DNA of 63,035 nucleotides, filler included, from Intoshia linei (lineage: Eukaryota > Animalia > Orthonectida): NCBI GenBank assembly GCA_001642005.1. It is 5 parts of 5 records of this genome, joined end to end, with 100 filler letters (N's around TTAATTAATTAA, not from the genome) between each part and the next. Parts side by side here need not be neighbours in the genome. Positions count along the whole stretch, not along the records: positions 47,358 to 58,403 come from LWCA01001226.1; positions 58,504 to 60,705 come from LWCA01002371.1; positions 60,806 to 63,035 come from LWCA01002363.1; 2 more parts are not named here. One strand, 5' to 3'. The number at the start of each line of letters is the position of its first letter. Positions within the stretch are counted from its first letter, which is position 1. Below the pieces are notes generated by a model that ran no database searches, had not been told where the DNA came from, and worked only from the letters and a program-made list of their open reading frames with translations. Shown piece after piece: positions 48,824 to 61,537 of this stretch. The position numbers were made by a program, and so were the translations under genes.

Positions 48824-51544
48824 TTATAAATGCTTTGAGCCAAAATTTTTTTGATAACAATAATAATGACAAAAAAAATTTTTCTTTTCTACAATAAATA
48901 TATTGACACCAATTTTTTTCATACAAATAATGCATTTAGTTTTATCATCGACAACAAACCGACCAGATCGTAGTAAAAAGAGTTTTTTGTGATTTTTGTA
49001 CAAATTAAGTTTCATTAATGAATATAACAATTTTAACTTTTGATTAGTGAGATGAATTTGATTTAAAACAAGAGTAACAAATTTTCTAATTTCATAAATA
49101 CTAACATCATTTTGAATGTATTCAATAGTATCAGAAATGTTAATGTAAACATCTTGTTCCATCAACGTAGTAATGAATTTATAGGCTCGGACGGGTTGAT
49201 TTTTTTTGAGGTATAAATAAATTAAATGTAAACATAGTTTATCAAGGTGAGAAAAAGTCAGTGTGTGTGAAATTGAATTTATATTTTCTAGTGTTGAAAC
49301 ACCGTGTTCATTTTCAATTTTTGTTAATAAATTTTTTAAATACTGTTCGGCCCCATCATATTCGTGTTTGTGATATACATACAAAGTTAACACGTCATTG
49401 TGCATATTTAGTCGTTTGTAAATTATAATTTTATGATCCACAATATTGTCATTGGGTAAGAGGCTGAGTGCGGTTTCCGGGTCATAATATTTAGAATACT
49501 TGAGAAAATTATTGTAGTCGAGTGCAAGAGTTTCAAATTCAACGTCTTCAGAATCGAGTCTACTTAGAGTGGATGAATATAATTTTACCAGTTTATCATG
49601 TATAATTGGATCAGAATTGTTTAATTTGAATACGACATATTTTAGGTATTTAATTATATTTTCAGGTTGGTGGGTTTGTAATAGTGTGATTACGCGGAAT
49701 ACGTCGATATCATTTTCCGTTTTGGAGCCGTAAATGAAAAGTTTTAATATATTGTTTGAAGTAGTTTCATCTTTCATCAAATCTTCAGCTACCTGGAAGA
49801 TTATTTCGCAGTTTTGATTATCGAGCTTTCGACAGTATTCAATAATTCGGCTGGAACGAATTTGAGAATTTTTAATTCCAGTATACTTTGTACTAATTTC
49901 TTCGATGGCGAGCCGGTGTTTATTGTATTTTTCGTACAAAACAAACAAATCTTCGTTTAATTCGTACTCTATCAATAATTGTTGAGTCATATCGAAATCC
50001 AAATTATTACGCGTACGTAGTAGCGATGTAATTGAATGTTTTTGAGTTATTAGATAACATTTCAACAGGGTATAATCCACAAAGTTAGCTAAATGATTAG
50101 TATTAAATGTCATTTCTTTTCCAGTAATAATATCATAATACATGACATTGTCGGGTAAGTTGAATAAAAAAGGCTTACGTTTTTCAATCAAATAATCAAT
50201 CAGACAATAAATTGCTGTTTTTACGGTACTCTCATTTTTAATCAAACTTGGAATAGTGGCTCCATTAAAATCAACAAAATGTTCAGTTCTAAATTTTTCG
50301 TACAAAACAATGGCTTGTCCCGGACAAACATTGAGTTCGTCGTATAATTTAAAAGATTCAGTGTATCTGCCACAATAAATAAAATGACACGCCTTTTTAG
50401 ACAAAATACGACGATCGCGTTCAATACAATTGTCGTCACTGATATCTGAAGAAACTTGTAACGCCACATTGAATAGTTTCTTATCAATTAAATGATCAAT
50501 TTGAACCATCGGGTCATTTTCTCGTAAAACGTACAGACTTTTAGCAGTCTGAAAAGTAACATTCAAATAATCATCGGCTCTAATTTTGATGAATTTTTCT
50601 AGTTTGAATTCAGAAATATTAATCAAATCAATAATGACATCAGTGTATTGCATAGACTTTATTTCAATCAAACTTTCCAACAAGCCGATAATATACACAT
50701 CTGTGCAAACGAGATCATAAATGATTTGTTTCCAAATAATGGGTTCTCTGTCAATGTGCTTACCACTAAGATTCACCAAATATGTCAAATTAGCGACATT
50801 GACAGCACACGTATTGTAGTTGTAAAAATTTATACACTTGTGAATTTTGTCCAACTGGGATGGTTGAGAAAATTTATCTCTCTCGATATAATTTAAAAAG
50901 TCAATTTCACTGTTCAATGACATTGTAGCTCGCGATTTTATATTTAACAGGTGAATTTGATTTGAAATTGTCATGAAAATTATGTCATCAATTAAAACAA
51001 AATGTTTCGGGTTTTCTCTTAAATTTATTTCTTTTATGTATAATTCAAACTTTTTCTTCATATTATCCAATTCAAAAATTTTAAATTTTTTTCGTAATAA
51101 TACTATCAAATAATATCCTACGTAATTACCACGTTTTTGTGAACCAAGATAAAAATCAGTACACCCTTTTGTGTCAGTCAACGTTTGTACACACTTGTTT
51201 AACCTTGAATCGTACATGTGAATATATTTATCGGCTAAGCAAATGTAAAGTACACTCTTTTTTAGCAATTCCAGTTTAGTTACATGTTTAGCAAAGGTTT
51301 CGTGGACACATGTTATGTTTCCATTTAATTCAACCTCTAGGTTTTCTTTTTCACATTCATCGATCGATACTGTCAAAAATCTGTTGTTACTTGTTGTCAA
51401 TAAAAATTCTGGATTTTTGGTTTCTCCTATTGTACAGGAAGTCAAACTCACCAATTCATTTGGCAGTTTAAAATTTAACCGTATTATGTCAAATATTTTT
51501 GATTTCTAAATTTAGATAAATGTATTTTTTCATTTATTCACCAT
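48824..51544 (-). CDS. VPS39: Vps39/Vam6-like HOPS subunit, ~894 aa; exons 51542-51544 (ATG only) and 48824-51505
   Basis: The 876-aa ORF has a CNH-like N-terminus, VDYTLLKCYL..SLLRTRN, LFVLYEKYNKHRLA, a clathrin-repeat-like segment HDKLVKLY..FLKYSKYYDPE and a C-terminal C..C.KKIG..HYYC. It extends in frame to an acceptor at 51506-51507, and a 36-nt intron links it to the ATG. Confidence 0.9.
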
Positions 51545-51924
51545 CGATTCATTGTATCAATTCAGTTTAGCCAATTTATAAGTAGCTTCTTATAAAATTT
51601 ACAATTTATAAATAAATTTTCAAATTAAAAACCAGGTAATCAATAAACTTACATTATACAATATTTATATAGCTAAACCTGGACATTTTTATTTCTGTTA
51701 TTGATAATACATTGTACTGTACCAACAATATTGTGTGAATGCAATGTACTAGTTGCCTTTGGTCTTATTTATACAGTACTTACTATGGTGTCCTGATTAT
51801 TCGAAAATTTGAAAAACCGGTTATCGAATAATTCCGGTTATTTAAACAACGATTATCCGATTAATCGGAATTTAAAATTTTTAACATAAAAACCAATAAG
51901 CCTTACTTATATATGTTACGTGAT

Positions 51925-52450
51925 TTTTGTTTGTGTGTGTGTTCCACTTAATTGAACTAACTACTAGTCTTAGAATTTTATAAAGCCCACATTTCAATTA
52001 CAGTTTTTTCCGGACATATAATAAGATAAATTTTAAGCTCCCAAACATACATTTTACGGGTCAAAAACCTCAATTTTCCTTCTTTTTGAAAATCAAACAA
52101 ATTGGAGAAGTTAAAAAATATATACGCTGATACGGATTTTAAAATCATAAACATTATCATAAATTTAAATGCTGATGCGGATTTTAAAATCATAAACATT
52201 ATCATAAATTTAAATTTAAAAAAATACACTGATGCGGATTTTAAAATCATAAACATTATCATAAATTTAAATTTAAAAAAATTATATTTTCAAAGCCAAA
52301 ACCACAAATTACCCTTCTTTTTTTAATGAAAACAGTTATAATTTAAAAAAATTTACAGATGGTACAGTTGTATCCTGTTAACACACAGAAAAAAATTTCA
52401 ATCCGAATAAGTGATGACTTCACGGTCAAAAAAGCATTTTAGTAATTATA
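51925..52450 (+). mobile_element. Helitron family fragment with an internal 3x tandem repeat (~52125-52280)
   Basis: Matches the family; the unit CTGATGCGGATTTTAAAATCATAAACATTATCATAAATTTAAAT is repeated three times. Confidence 0.75.
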
Positions 52451-53438
52451 TATAAATTTTTGAAAATTCGATTATTCGAGATATATTCCGATTATTTTTC
52501 TCCAATTATTGTAAGCGATTAACCGGGTTTTTAATAAATCGATTAATCGTATATCATTCCCTAGTACTAACATGATGTACTCATTTTTCCTATTTTCATG
52601 AATTAATGAATTTACATTTTTAATTGTGATAGTAAATCGCGACATTTTATGATGTCGTTTTGATCACGGTTAGTGGACAATGATGAATAATCATTTAATA
52701 AATAACCCCAATAAGGCGGATACTCAGAAGTGACAATTTCAAAAAAAAAATAACATTTTTTTAATCCTTTACTTATATAAAATTAAATTGCTGGTTACCG
52801 TATATTTAAAAAATAAACGGTTATAGAATTTAAAAACCCAATTTCTAAGTAAAAGTAAAATATCCTAAAAATCTATATGTAACCATTTACTCACACTCTA
52901 GTAAACTAATAGTCTAGAAAATTAATAAACACAAATTCTAAGGTAATTTTTTAAGCGAAGAAGATATATAAATTTTACTCCCCAAAATTTGTATCTTCAT
53001 GATTAAATACCGATATAAAATTTAAAAAATGAAATGAGCTATAATCCCTGATTTTGAAAAATCGCAAATGTATAATGGTTTTTCAATACATCTAACGCCG
53101 TTTCATAAATTTGTGAAAAATAATTTAAAAAATTGATAAAATTAGATGAAAATAATTAATTTAATTGAATATGATTCTATACAAATTTAAATCCCCTATT
53201 TAATACAAAAAAATGGTTCATGCAAACCCAAGTTAAGACTGAAAAACCGCAGAATATTACAATGTAAAAATATAACTTGAAGTTAGTGAATCATCTCCTG
53301 GTCAGGTGAAAATGCTTACAGAATCGTATTATGCTCACCGAGCACCTGATATATACCAATAATGAAACACTATACAAAATGTACAATTAAAATTTTTATT
53401 TAGAATTTATATATTTTTACTTTGTACATTTTTATTTC

Positions 53439-56400
53439 TTATCGTTTTGCAGTATTCATGTCATCGAGACAATTCCTCAAGTAAATGCAAGGTTTGCCAA
53501 TCTTGTGAAAATTGTTTTGGTAACCCTAAAAAATTAAATTAATACAGGCTAATTCCTCGTTAACGGAATCATTGGCCTTGAAAAAAAATCTCATTCCGTT
53601 AACTGAATTTTTTATATATAATATAAAAGTGAATTTTGGAATGATGGATATTGAAAAAATTAAAAAAAATTATTCATAATAAAACCAATAATATAAAAAT
53701 TTGGATATTATTTTGGAGCCTAATCGGGCACCACTGTTTTAATGGAGTTTCAGTCATTATGAATAATTTTCTTTATTAATATCTTTATTATTATTAATAA
53801 TAACATTCAATTTTACCATCTTTCATGAAAAAAATCGACTTTTACCAACTGTTAAGGAAAAAATACACTTTCATCAACCCTAAGAAAAAATTAACATTGC
53901 ATTATAAAACTAAAATAGAAGCAGTTGGATTTTTCTGAATAACAATTTTGATTGAACTTGATAATTATTAAATATTTTTATTTTCATTCCACTTAACATA
54001 CATGTATATTTTGAGAACATTTCATTTGACATAATTAATAATCAACCAAAAAAATAACTCAAGTGTACATTTTTATCACTAAAACACCTTTTTTCATCAC
54101 GATAGGTTCGTAATAAGTGCTCCGTGGAGATTTAAATTTAAGAATCGCTTATATATATATATATATAATTATATACAGTTGTAGAATCTACCTTAGTCCA
54201 ATCATAACCAAGGGCATAAGCAAATATTTTTCCATCTGCACTGGTATCCATAGCTGTTATAGGCATGTTACAAGCTGATGAAAATTTTAATCGAGTTCGT
54301 TCAAATATGTCCCAATAAACAAATTTTCCATCAGATCCGCCAGTAATGATCGTTCCATGTCGCACCTTGTTAGTACAAAGAGCGTTGATCTATAAAATAC
54401 ACACATATTAGATAACACTTAAAAAATCTTAGAATTATATACAAAATAATATCACCAATATTGATTAGAAGATAAAGCGGGTAAAACATACTCTAAAAAT
54501 TTTGGAGATTTTCATCATGTAGTCACTGAAATAGTCCTTACTTATACACTACTGGAAAAAATATAAGTCACTTAAGAAATATTCGATTATTTTTTTGTTT
54601 TTGGGATAAATGTAATGGTTTTGATATAGATAGAAAGAGATATTTATTATAGATATATAGAAAGATAGAAAAAACCTTACTTGAAAAAAATGAGTCACCC
54701 AAAAACAAAAAATAGAAAGACAAATGATAAAAATAAGTAAATAAATAAAGATAAAAATAAATGATGCAATACTAAATACTTGTAATTCTATATATATTTA
54801 TCTAATATTTTCATTTAATTAACTTAATTATTTTATAGGTGCCTAAGACTGATTTCGGGCACTGTATTTTATTTTTACTTTGATTACCAGTATTAGGGTG
54901 TCTTACAGTTTTTTCCAATAAACATTTGCTTATTTTTAATAAATATGGACTTTTAATTTGACAAATTAACTTTAAACATATGAATCTTTTTTAATAAGAT
55001 GTATAATTATATTGCGAAAAATATAATATGATCTACCACAATATATTCCCAGTATTAATAATAGTATACCGATTTTAGTGAATTTCTTATAGTTTTTTCC
55101 AGCAGTGTATAAAGTCATTAAATTTTCTTTTATGAAAAAAACTAAGAAACGTACCATTTTTAAAAACACCGAATTTTGTTATAATTATAATACCTTTTTC
55201 CAAGGTCACTGCAGTCTAGTAAATTTTATTATCTGAAATTTGCATTTTCATGGCCAAAGTCAAAATTCCATGATTTGAAAAATGAAAAAAATAAATCCTA
55301 TGATTTTAAAAAATATACATCTGATACAAGTTTTTTCAGTTAATATACACAAAAAATATCAATCTAAGAAAGTACTTTACTACTTATTTTTATTATTTCA
55401 AGAATAAAAAATATTCAATATTCAAGTCATGGATATTAAATAATGAATCCGATGGTTTAATTCAATGATCTAGAGAAAAAAATTCAACGTCAGAATTCAC
55501 ATATTTCTGGGCAAAACTAATTTTAATATACATAATATGTATTAGCATATCATGCTAATAATAATGTAAGTAACAATTTGTTATAACTTATAACTAGGGC
55601 GATTTTTTTTAATCTATAAAAACAAAAAAATTTAACTTACAAATCAAATTTATTTAACTTTATTAACTTTTGGAAAAAAAAATCACGTATTTTTTCGTTA
55701 AATTTTTTTCTAAACATTGATGAAATCTCTTATTCGCCATAATAACAATATTTCTGGGACCTTGTCAGCTGTAGTACTGTTGTATAAATTTTAAAACATA
55801 ATGGTATTGCCATTATTAGATAGTTCTGTTGTAGAACAAGCAGCGTTGTATTATGTCCGTAAATAACAAATGCAGGGTTTCATAACCTTTTTTAAATTTA
55901 GTACCCGTTAGTCATATCCACTATTTCTAATACACCTGTAAAAAATAGAAAAGTGGTCCACTAGATGCAAAAGGTTTCCGATCCCTAATTTAAGTCTTAA
56001 TAAAGATGTATAAAAAGTGTATTATTTGTTGTAGTACAAAATCAAATATTTTTTAAAATTATCTTTTAAAAAGTTTCTTTGTTTTGTTTTGTTAAATTAT
56101 TTTTAATTGTATCATGAAAAGTATGAATAACCATTTGTCATTTCATATTACTTGCAATATTTTTACAATCATATAATATTACATTCTGAGGTGTTTCTAA
56201 TGTTCCGATCATAGGATTAATGTACTTATATCCATTCAAATCAGTTTCGTCCATAATGATAAAGATTAATTTATTAATACAATAATTTTTTATTTTCTCC
56301 ATTTCATTCAAATACAAATCATCAATTTTATTTCTGCAATTGCTTTCAGATGGCAAAATTATTCCCTTTTTTTTAAATATTGTTCTTAACTCGACGTTAT

Positions 56401-57205
56401 TTAACTTTTTAGAGGTATGTCCGCAGATAGAATTACTTCCGCCGTTTCTATTACAAAGTCATTCGATGTTTTAATTGAACTTCCAATACTGAGAATATGC
56501 ATAAAACTCTTGTTTTGCTAATTTGCAATGTAATTAAACAATTTAATTTTGTAAAAGTAACATTGCAACATTTCATACAAAATAAATTGTTGTCATTCTT
56601 AGTAAATTAACTAGGATAAAGTTTTGTAATATTGTAAATTTTTTCATATTTTGGCATGCTTAAAAAAACATTAATCATATAAAAGTATTGCTAAATTACC
56701 TATATTGTGAATAGAAATAAGTTAAGAATAAATAAAAACTGCTTTTAGTGAATGATATAAAAATTAATAATAGGTTTATTTACTACAATCATGCATAAAA
56801 TAAAAGTACAAAAGTAAAAAATAATCGCCCTACTTATAACCAAAAAAAGTAGTAAGTAAATTAAAACAAGTTAATTAATCGAAATAAATAAGTTACCGTA
56901 TAGCATTCATAAACATTGTTTGGTTGATTAACTCTATGACATTTAAACGCAAAATTGTCCTTACTGTCATTTCCAGATAAATTTTTAACACCAATTCGGG
57001 CCTCTATTCCTCCTACCGCATACCCATATGGTGCACCCGTAGATTGACCTTTGAATAGAGCAATAGAAACAATCTAAATAGACATGCAATTTACGAATAT
57101 AAAAGACCAGCATCACAGAACGTTTTCATCGTCTATAACACTGTCCAACAAAATTTCGACAAACGGACCGAAACTTCTGTTATATGTAAGTGCACCAGTA
57201 TACAT
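53439..57205 (-). CDS. RAE1: Rae1/Gle2 mRNA export factor (WD40), 3' exons ~57121-57205, 56898-57074, 54193-54390, 53439-53525; 5' part unresolved
   Basis: PYGYAVGGIEARIGV..KDNFAFKCHR, HGTIITGGSDGKFVYWD..RTRLK, IFAYALGYDWTK|G and CIYLR match the Rae1 C-terminal half. Confidence 0.88.
55595..56832 (-). mobile_element. hAT-like element with transposase relic, in a Rae1 intron
   Basis: TIRs TAGGGCGATT / AATCGCCCTA with a perfect TSD CTTATAAC. The relic contains IFIIMDETD and an N-terminal LFCMKCC zinc-finger-like motif. Confidence 0.85.
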
Positions 57206-57508
57206 CTATTTTTAAAAAAAATTTATTAATTTCAAGATCGACTTTGGATTTAATTAAGAGTCAAAGTTTTTTTTTAAAGAGGTACACTCTACCGTGAGAT
57301 CTATTTACAATTAATATTGTATATTACAAATGGTAAAATTGACAGACATACACGTCTACATATGTATAAAAAAATTGTCATTAATTATTTACCTTAATTA
57401 ATTAACTCTAATTTTAAGGCAACATCGACAAACAATATGAAATAAAAATTTTCTGGATGTACAACTTACATTACACGTAAAATCAACTTTTTCGGGTTAC
57501 CCCTAGAC

Positions 57509-58087
57509 CAGTGGTGGGAAAACTACGGCCCGCGAGATCATGCTTCATACTTATGTTTACATTCAAATTTTGAAATTTATTGTTTACATTGTATAATTTT
57601 ACAACATGTCACATTCCATTTAATGTGACATGTTAATTATCTAAATTTTATAATTATAAAGATAATTATTTTTGCGCATTAGATTAAATTTTCCTATCTT
57701 TATCTCTTTTAAATAAAATAATTGTATATTTTTAATTAGATTAAACTAAATGCAATGATATAAAAATTAAATTTTTTGGTTGGTTTTATCAATAATTGAA
57801 CAAAAAAATTATTTTTATTATTTATCAATAATAGGCTAATTTTTATTCAAATTTTTTTTATTGTTTGCATAGATATAATTATAAATACGTACAACTTTGA
57901 AACTTAATAATTAAAATGCACTCCAAAAATAATAATTGTTAATTATTCAAATCGAATTTTGATACATTAATATTTAAAAAAAGCAATCAAATTTACAAGC
58001 CAAAATAAAATTTCATCAATTTAAATTGTTTCATGTATATTCATGAAATTTGTGCGGCCCGCATATCAATAAGTTTGCCCACTACTG
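57509..58087. mobile_element. hAT-type MITE
   Basis: TIRs CAGTGGTGGG / CCCACTACTG, a perfect TSD CCCTAGAC, and GCGGCCCGC-like subterminal motifs. Confidence 0.9.
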
Positions 58088-58239
58088 CCCTAGACGAATC
58101 TTGTTTAATATCAAAAATGTAAGTGATAGACATAAATTTCAAAAATTAAGATATAATAAGGTATCAATTAAAAATATTTATTAAAAAAAGTAATAATTAG
58201 ATAAATTTAAAATTTATTTTTTATTGAACACCACCACCA

Positions 58240-58403
58240 CAATGCATAAAGCAATACTTGATACATTAGAAGAATATAATATCAAAAATAACATTCAAAT
58301 GATTGTATGTGCCATAACTTATGCCAATACGGGGAATATAAATGGGGCTGCAAAGCTTATAATGAAATCATTGATTCAACCGATTGTTTATGAAGGCTGC
58401 AGA
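58240..58403 (+). mobile_element. DDE/hAT-like transposase relic
   Basis: LEEYNIKNNIQMIVC..ANTGNINGAAKLI..GCR resembles the DTTASNTG..GAC..CRHH region of insect-type DNA transposases. Confidence 0.55.
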
Positions 58404-58503
58404 NNNNNNNNNNNNNNNNNNNNNNNNNNNNNNNNNNNNNNNNNNNNTTAATTAATTAANNNNNNNNNNNNNNNNNNNNNNNNNNNNNNNNNNNNNNNNN
58501 NNN
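58404..58503. other. Assembly gap / contig linker
   Basis: N-TTAATTAATTAA-N. Confidence 0.95.
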
Positions 58504-59129
58504 AAATGTATATAAGCATCTAATTATTCCTGAGCGGCATTGCATTTAAGATACCGTAAGATACAAAAAAATTTTTTGTATTATCTGAAAAGATGCAGAA
58601 AAATATACAAGACCATCTAAATATTATTTTCTATCAATTCTTAAATATTTCATTAAGGACATTTAGTAAAATTACAATTTTAAAATTGTTCATTTGAAGC
58701 CATGATTTATCAAAGTATGAAAATTAGTAGATACACCATTTTATTAAAAATCAAATCATATATTTATTATCATTATTAGCATATAAATATGTACAGTATA
58801 AATATATTTATGAGCCGGTTACTCTTCCATCACAATTATTTTCAAATATAATATTATTTTTTAACATAATATTCAAAATATCTCGCGCCACCCTAAATAT
58901 GTGTTAGTAAGCTTATATAATTAGTATTTTGTTTTACCAACCTTAGCAGCAATACATGCTGTAGTGCGTATGTGCGTAAGATGTGTGTCCAAAGTGTGAG
59001 TTTAAATTCATTTTTTAAGGTTTGTTAAGAAATTTACAAAATTGAGATCCAATGGATAGAACAACGGGTACATTAGACAGGATTATATGAATTAGATAAA
59101 TTTTATTAATATTTTTTTAATTGTAGGAC

Positions 59130-59570
59130 TGTTATTGTCATTATTATTTCAAATGTTTTGTTTTACATGTTTGTATTATTCGAAATAAAAAAAAATTAAT
59201 ACTAAAGTGCTTTTTTGACCGTGAAGCCGTCACTTTGTCAGATTGAAATTTTTTGTGTGTGTTAACAGGATATAGCTGTATCAACTGTAATTTTTTTTAA
59301 ATTCTACTATTGTCATTTTTTAAAAAAAGGGTAATCTGGGTTTTGATCGTGAAAATGAACTTTTTTGAGTTTGAATTTATGATAATGTTTATGATTTTAA
59401 AACCTATCCCACAATTTATGTTACATAAAATTTTAGGACTTTATTCATTTTTTCAAAAAATGATCATTTTGGGGTTTTGGTTGTGAAGATTAAAGATTTT
59501 GATATTGAAATTTATTATAATGTTGATTATTTTAAAATCTTTATCAAATTATGCATTTTTGATAATTTTA
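59130..59570 (-). mobile_element. Diverged Helitron family fragment
   Basis: TTTTTGACCGTGAAGCCGTCAC..CAGGATATAGCTGTA is shared with the other copies. Confidence 0.65.
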
Positions 59571-60705
59571 GGAATTTAGTCCCAGTAAAATGATTATTGA
59601 AGAGGATGTAATTTTTAATTAATGTATTATTAATTTGTATTAGAGCCTTGCATGGCCCGACATTTCCAATTCTTACTCGCCCGTATCCGGAGTTTGGACA
59701 GTCATTTATATATTTTATAATTGATAACAATCGTTAGTCACGATAACTGATTAGCAATGTGTTACCAGTATTTTTGGTTTTACCTTGTATTACCAGCAAA
59801 ATTAAAAAATTAGTATATTTTTGTAAAATTATCCCGTAAGCCTAGACGAATGCTAAATTATTATTTTAAAAATCCCAAGTTTATCCCTCCATTAATAAAA
59901 TTTAATAAAAAATGTCATTTCAAGTCCTTTATGTAAAAACCCATTTTCACGATTTTACAAAAAATTTTTTAATCCAACCCCAAAATAAAAATCCAATTTT
60001 ACCAATCATTAAGCTTTAAGTTAAGGTAAAATCTTTTTTCCTATAATTTTTTGAAAACTTTGATTTTATCAAACCTCACGAGAAAAAAGTCTTAATCCAA
60101 CCTACAATAATAGAAACCCAAAATTTTAGCAATTATGAAGGAAAAATCCCTTTTCCGAGTGCTTTGATCTAAAAATTAAAAATCTGTGAGACTCAATAAC
60201 GTCATTCTATTCAGTTTACATTTTGCAAATTAGTCATTTATATATTTTAAAAATTTTGCTGGTTCCAACAAATCGCCCACCCTTGCTAATCACTATTCTG
60301 TCCCTTTTTCGATATATTTACCATTATGCATATACAATAACGATGAACAATTACTACATGTACCAATACAAAAAAATTGATTTTAATGTGAAATATTAAA
60401 TTAAAAATGTCGGTCTGTCAATATTTAGAAAATGTTTTATATGTCCGTGTCCGTTGCAGGGTTCTAATCTATATATTATATTTAAATTTTAATTTACCAA
60501 AATATTCTTATATAATTATAATAAGAATATTTAATAATTAAAATATTTTGTTATCCTGTCCGATAAGGGTCATACACCAATAATAGGGGTTTGAAAGAAT
60601 TTTTTTATCAAAAGTGCACCCTTCCACCATATGAACATTTTGAAAATATTGAATTTGCACCCAATCTTACCTCTCAACTGTTAAAAAAAACCCTGGGGCA
60701 TCGCC

Positions 60706-60805
60706 NNNNNNNNNNNNNNNNNNNNNNNNNNNNNNNNNNNNNNNNNNNNTTAATTAATTAANNNNNNNNNNNNNNNNNNNNNNNNNNNNNNNNNNNNNNN
60801 NNNNN
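60706..60805. other. Assembly gap / contig linker
   Basis: N-TTAATTAATTAA-N. Confidence 0.95.
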
Positions 60806-61179
60806 AAAAAAATTATTCTGATAGAGCTTATTCCAGTTGATATAAATACAAAATTTCAAAATAAATGTGGATTGTACGTCTCAATGAATCTCATAAGAAC
60901 ATAATATCTGAAATAGGTAAGACAATTGTTTTTTTAATTTTTTTAATTAATCATTATACTGTATTCATTCTGATTAGTGATTGTGCCGGGAAAAAAACCG
61001 GGACAAAATTCCCAACATAATAGATTTAATTTTTAATGCTAAAATTAGATATGTCCGCCCTCGGCAGAGTTAGGTGCTGTTTGTACAATGTATATAGTAC
61101 AAACCAGCCAAGCAAGTATATATATAAATATATAGTATTAATTTTTATTATTATTTTTTATTTTTCTTTTTTTTTTAAG

Positions 61180-61420
61180 TATAAAACAGCAATATACCCG
61201 CATTCTGCTAAATAAAAGGATGGAAATAGCAACAAAGCCATCCCTGAAAAATTATTATTAATAGTTAAAATTGGATAGTTTTTTTAAAATTTCTTTAATA
61301 AGCCACATCATAATTCATTTGATGCAATTTGTAAAAATCTATCATGTATTGATATAGACAATTTTTCTTGATATTTGATATTTACATTTAATAAGTGCAC
61401 CAGAAAAGGTTGTCGACCAA
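61180..61420 (-). mobile_element. hAT transposase C-terminal relic
   Basis: MALLLFPSFYLAECGYIAVL, homologous to the C-terminus of the 7342-9842 transposase. Confidence 0.65.
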
Positions 61421-61537
61421 ATTACAAAATCTATAACTTTGATATTTTAAAAACGTAAATTAAAATCATTTTTTATTATTTATATTCATGATTTAATATT
61501 GTTTTTTTGCTAATTCTATAACACAGCATTTATTTAA

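Noticed and set aside
48824-51454. Alternative genetic code (stop reassignment) as an explanation for the short ORFs
   Set aside because: Vps39, FECH and CFAP119 translate cleanly with the standard code and end in normal stops. The short ORFs reflect introns and TEs.
52125-52280. Three direct repeats producing the FKFMIMFMILKSAS / [14 protein letters not shown] ORFs
   Set aside because: Tandem duplication inside a Helitron copy; no spacers and not coding.
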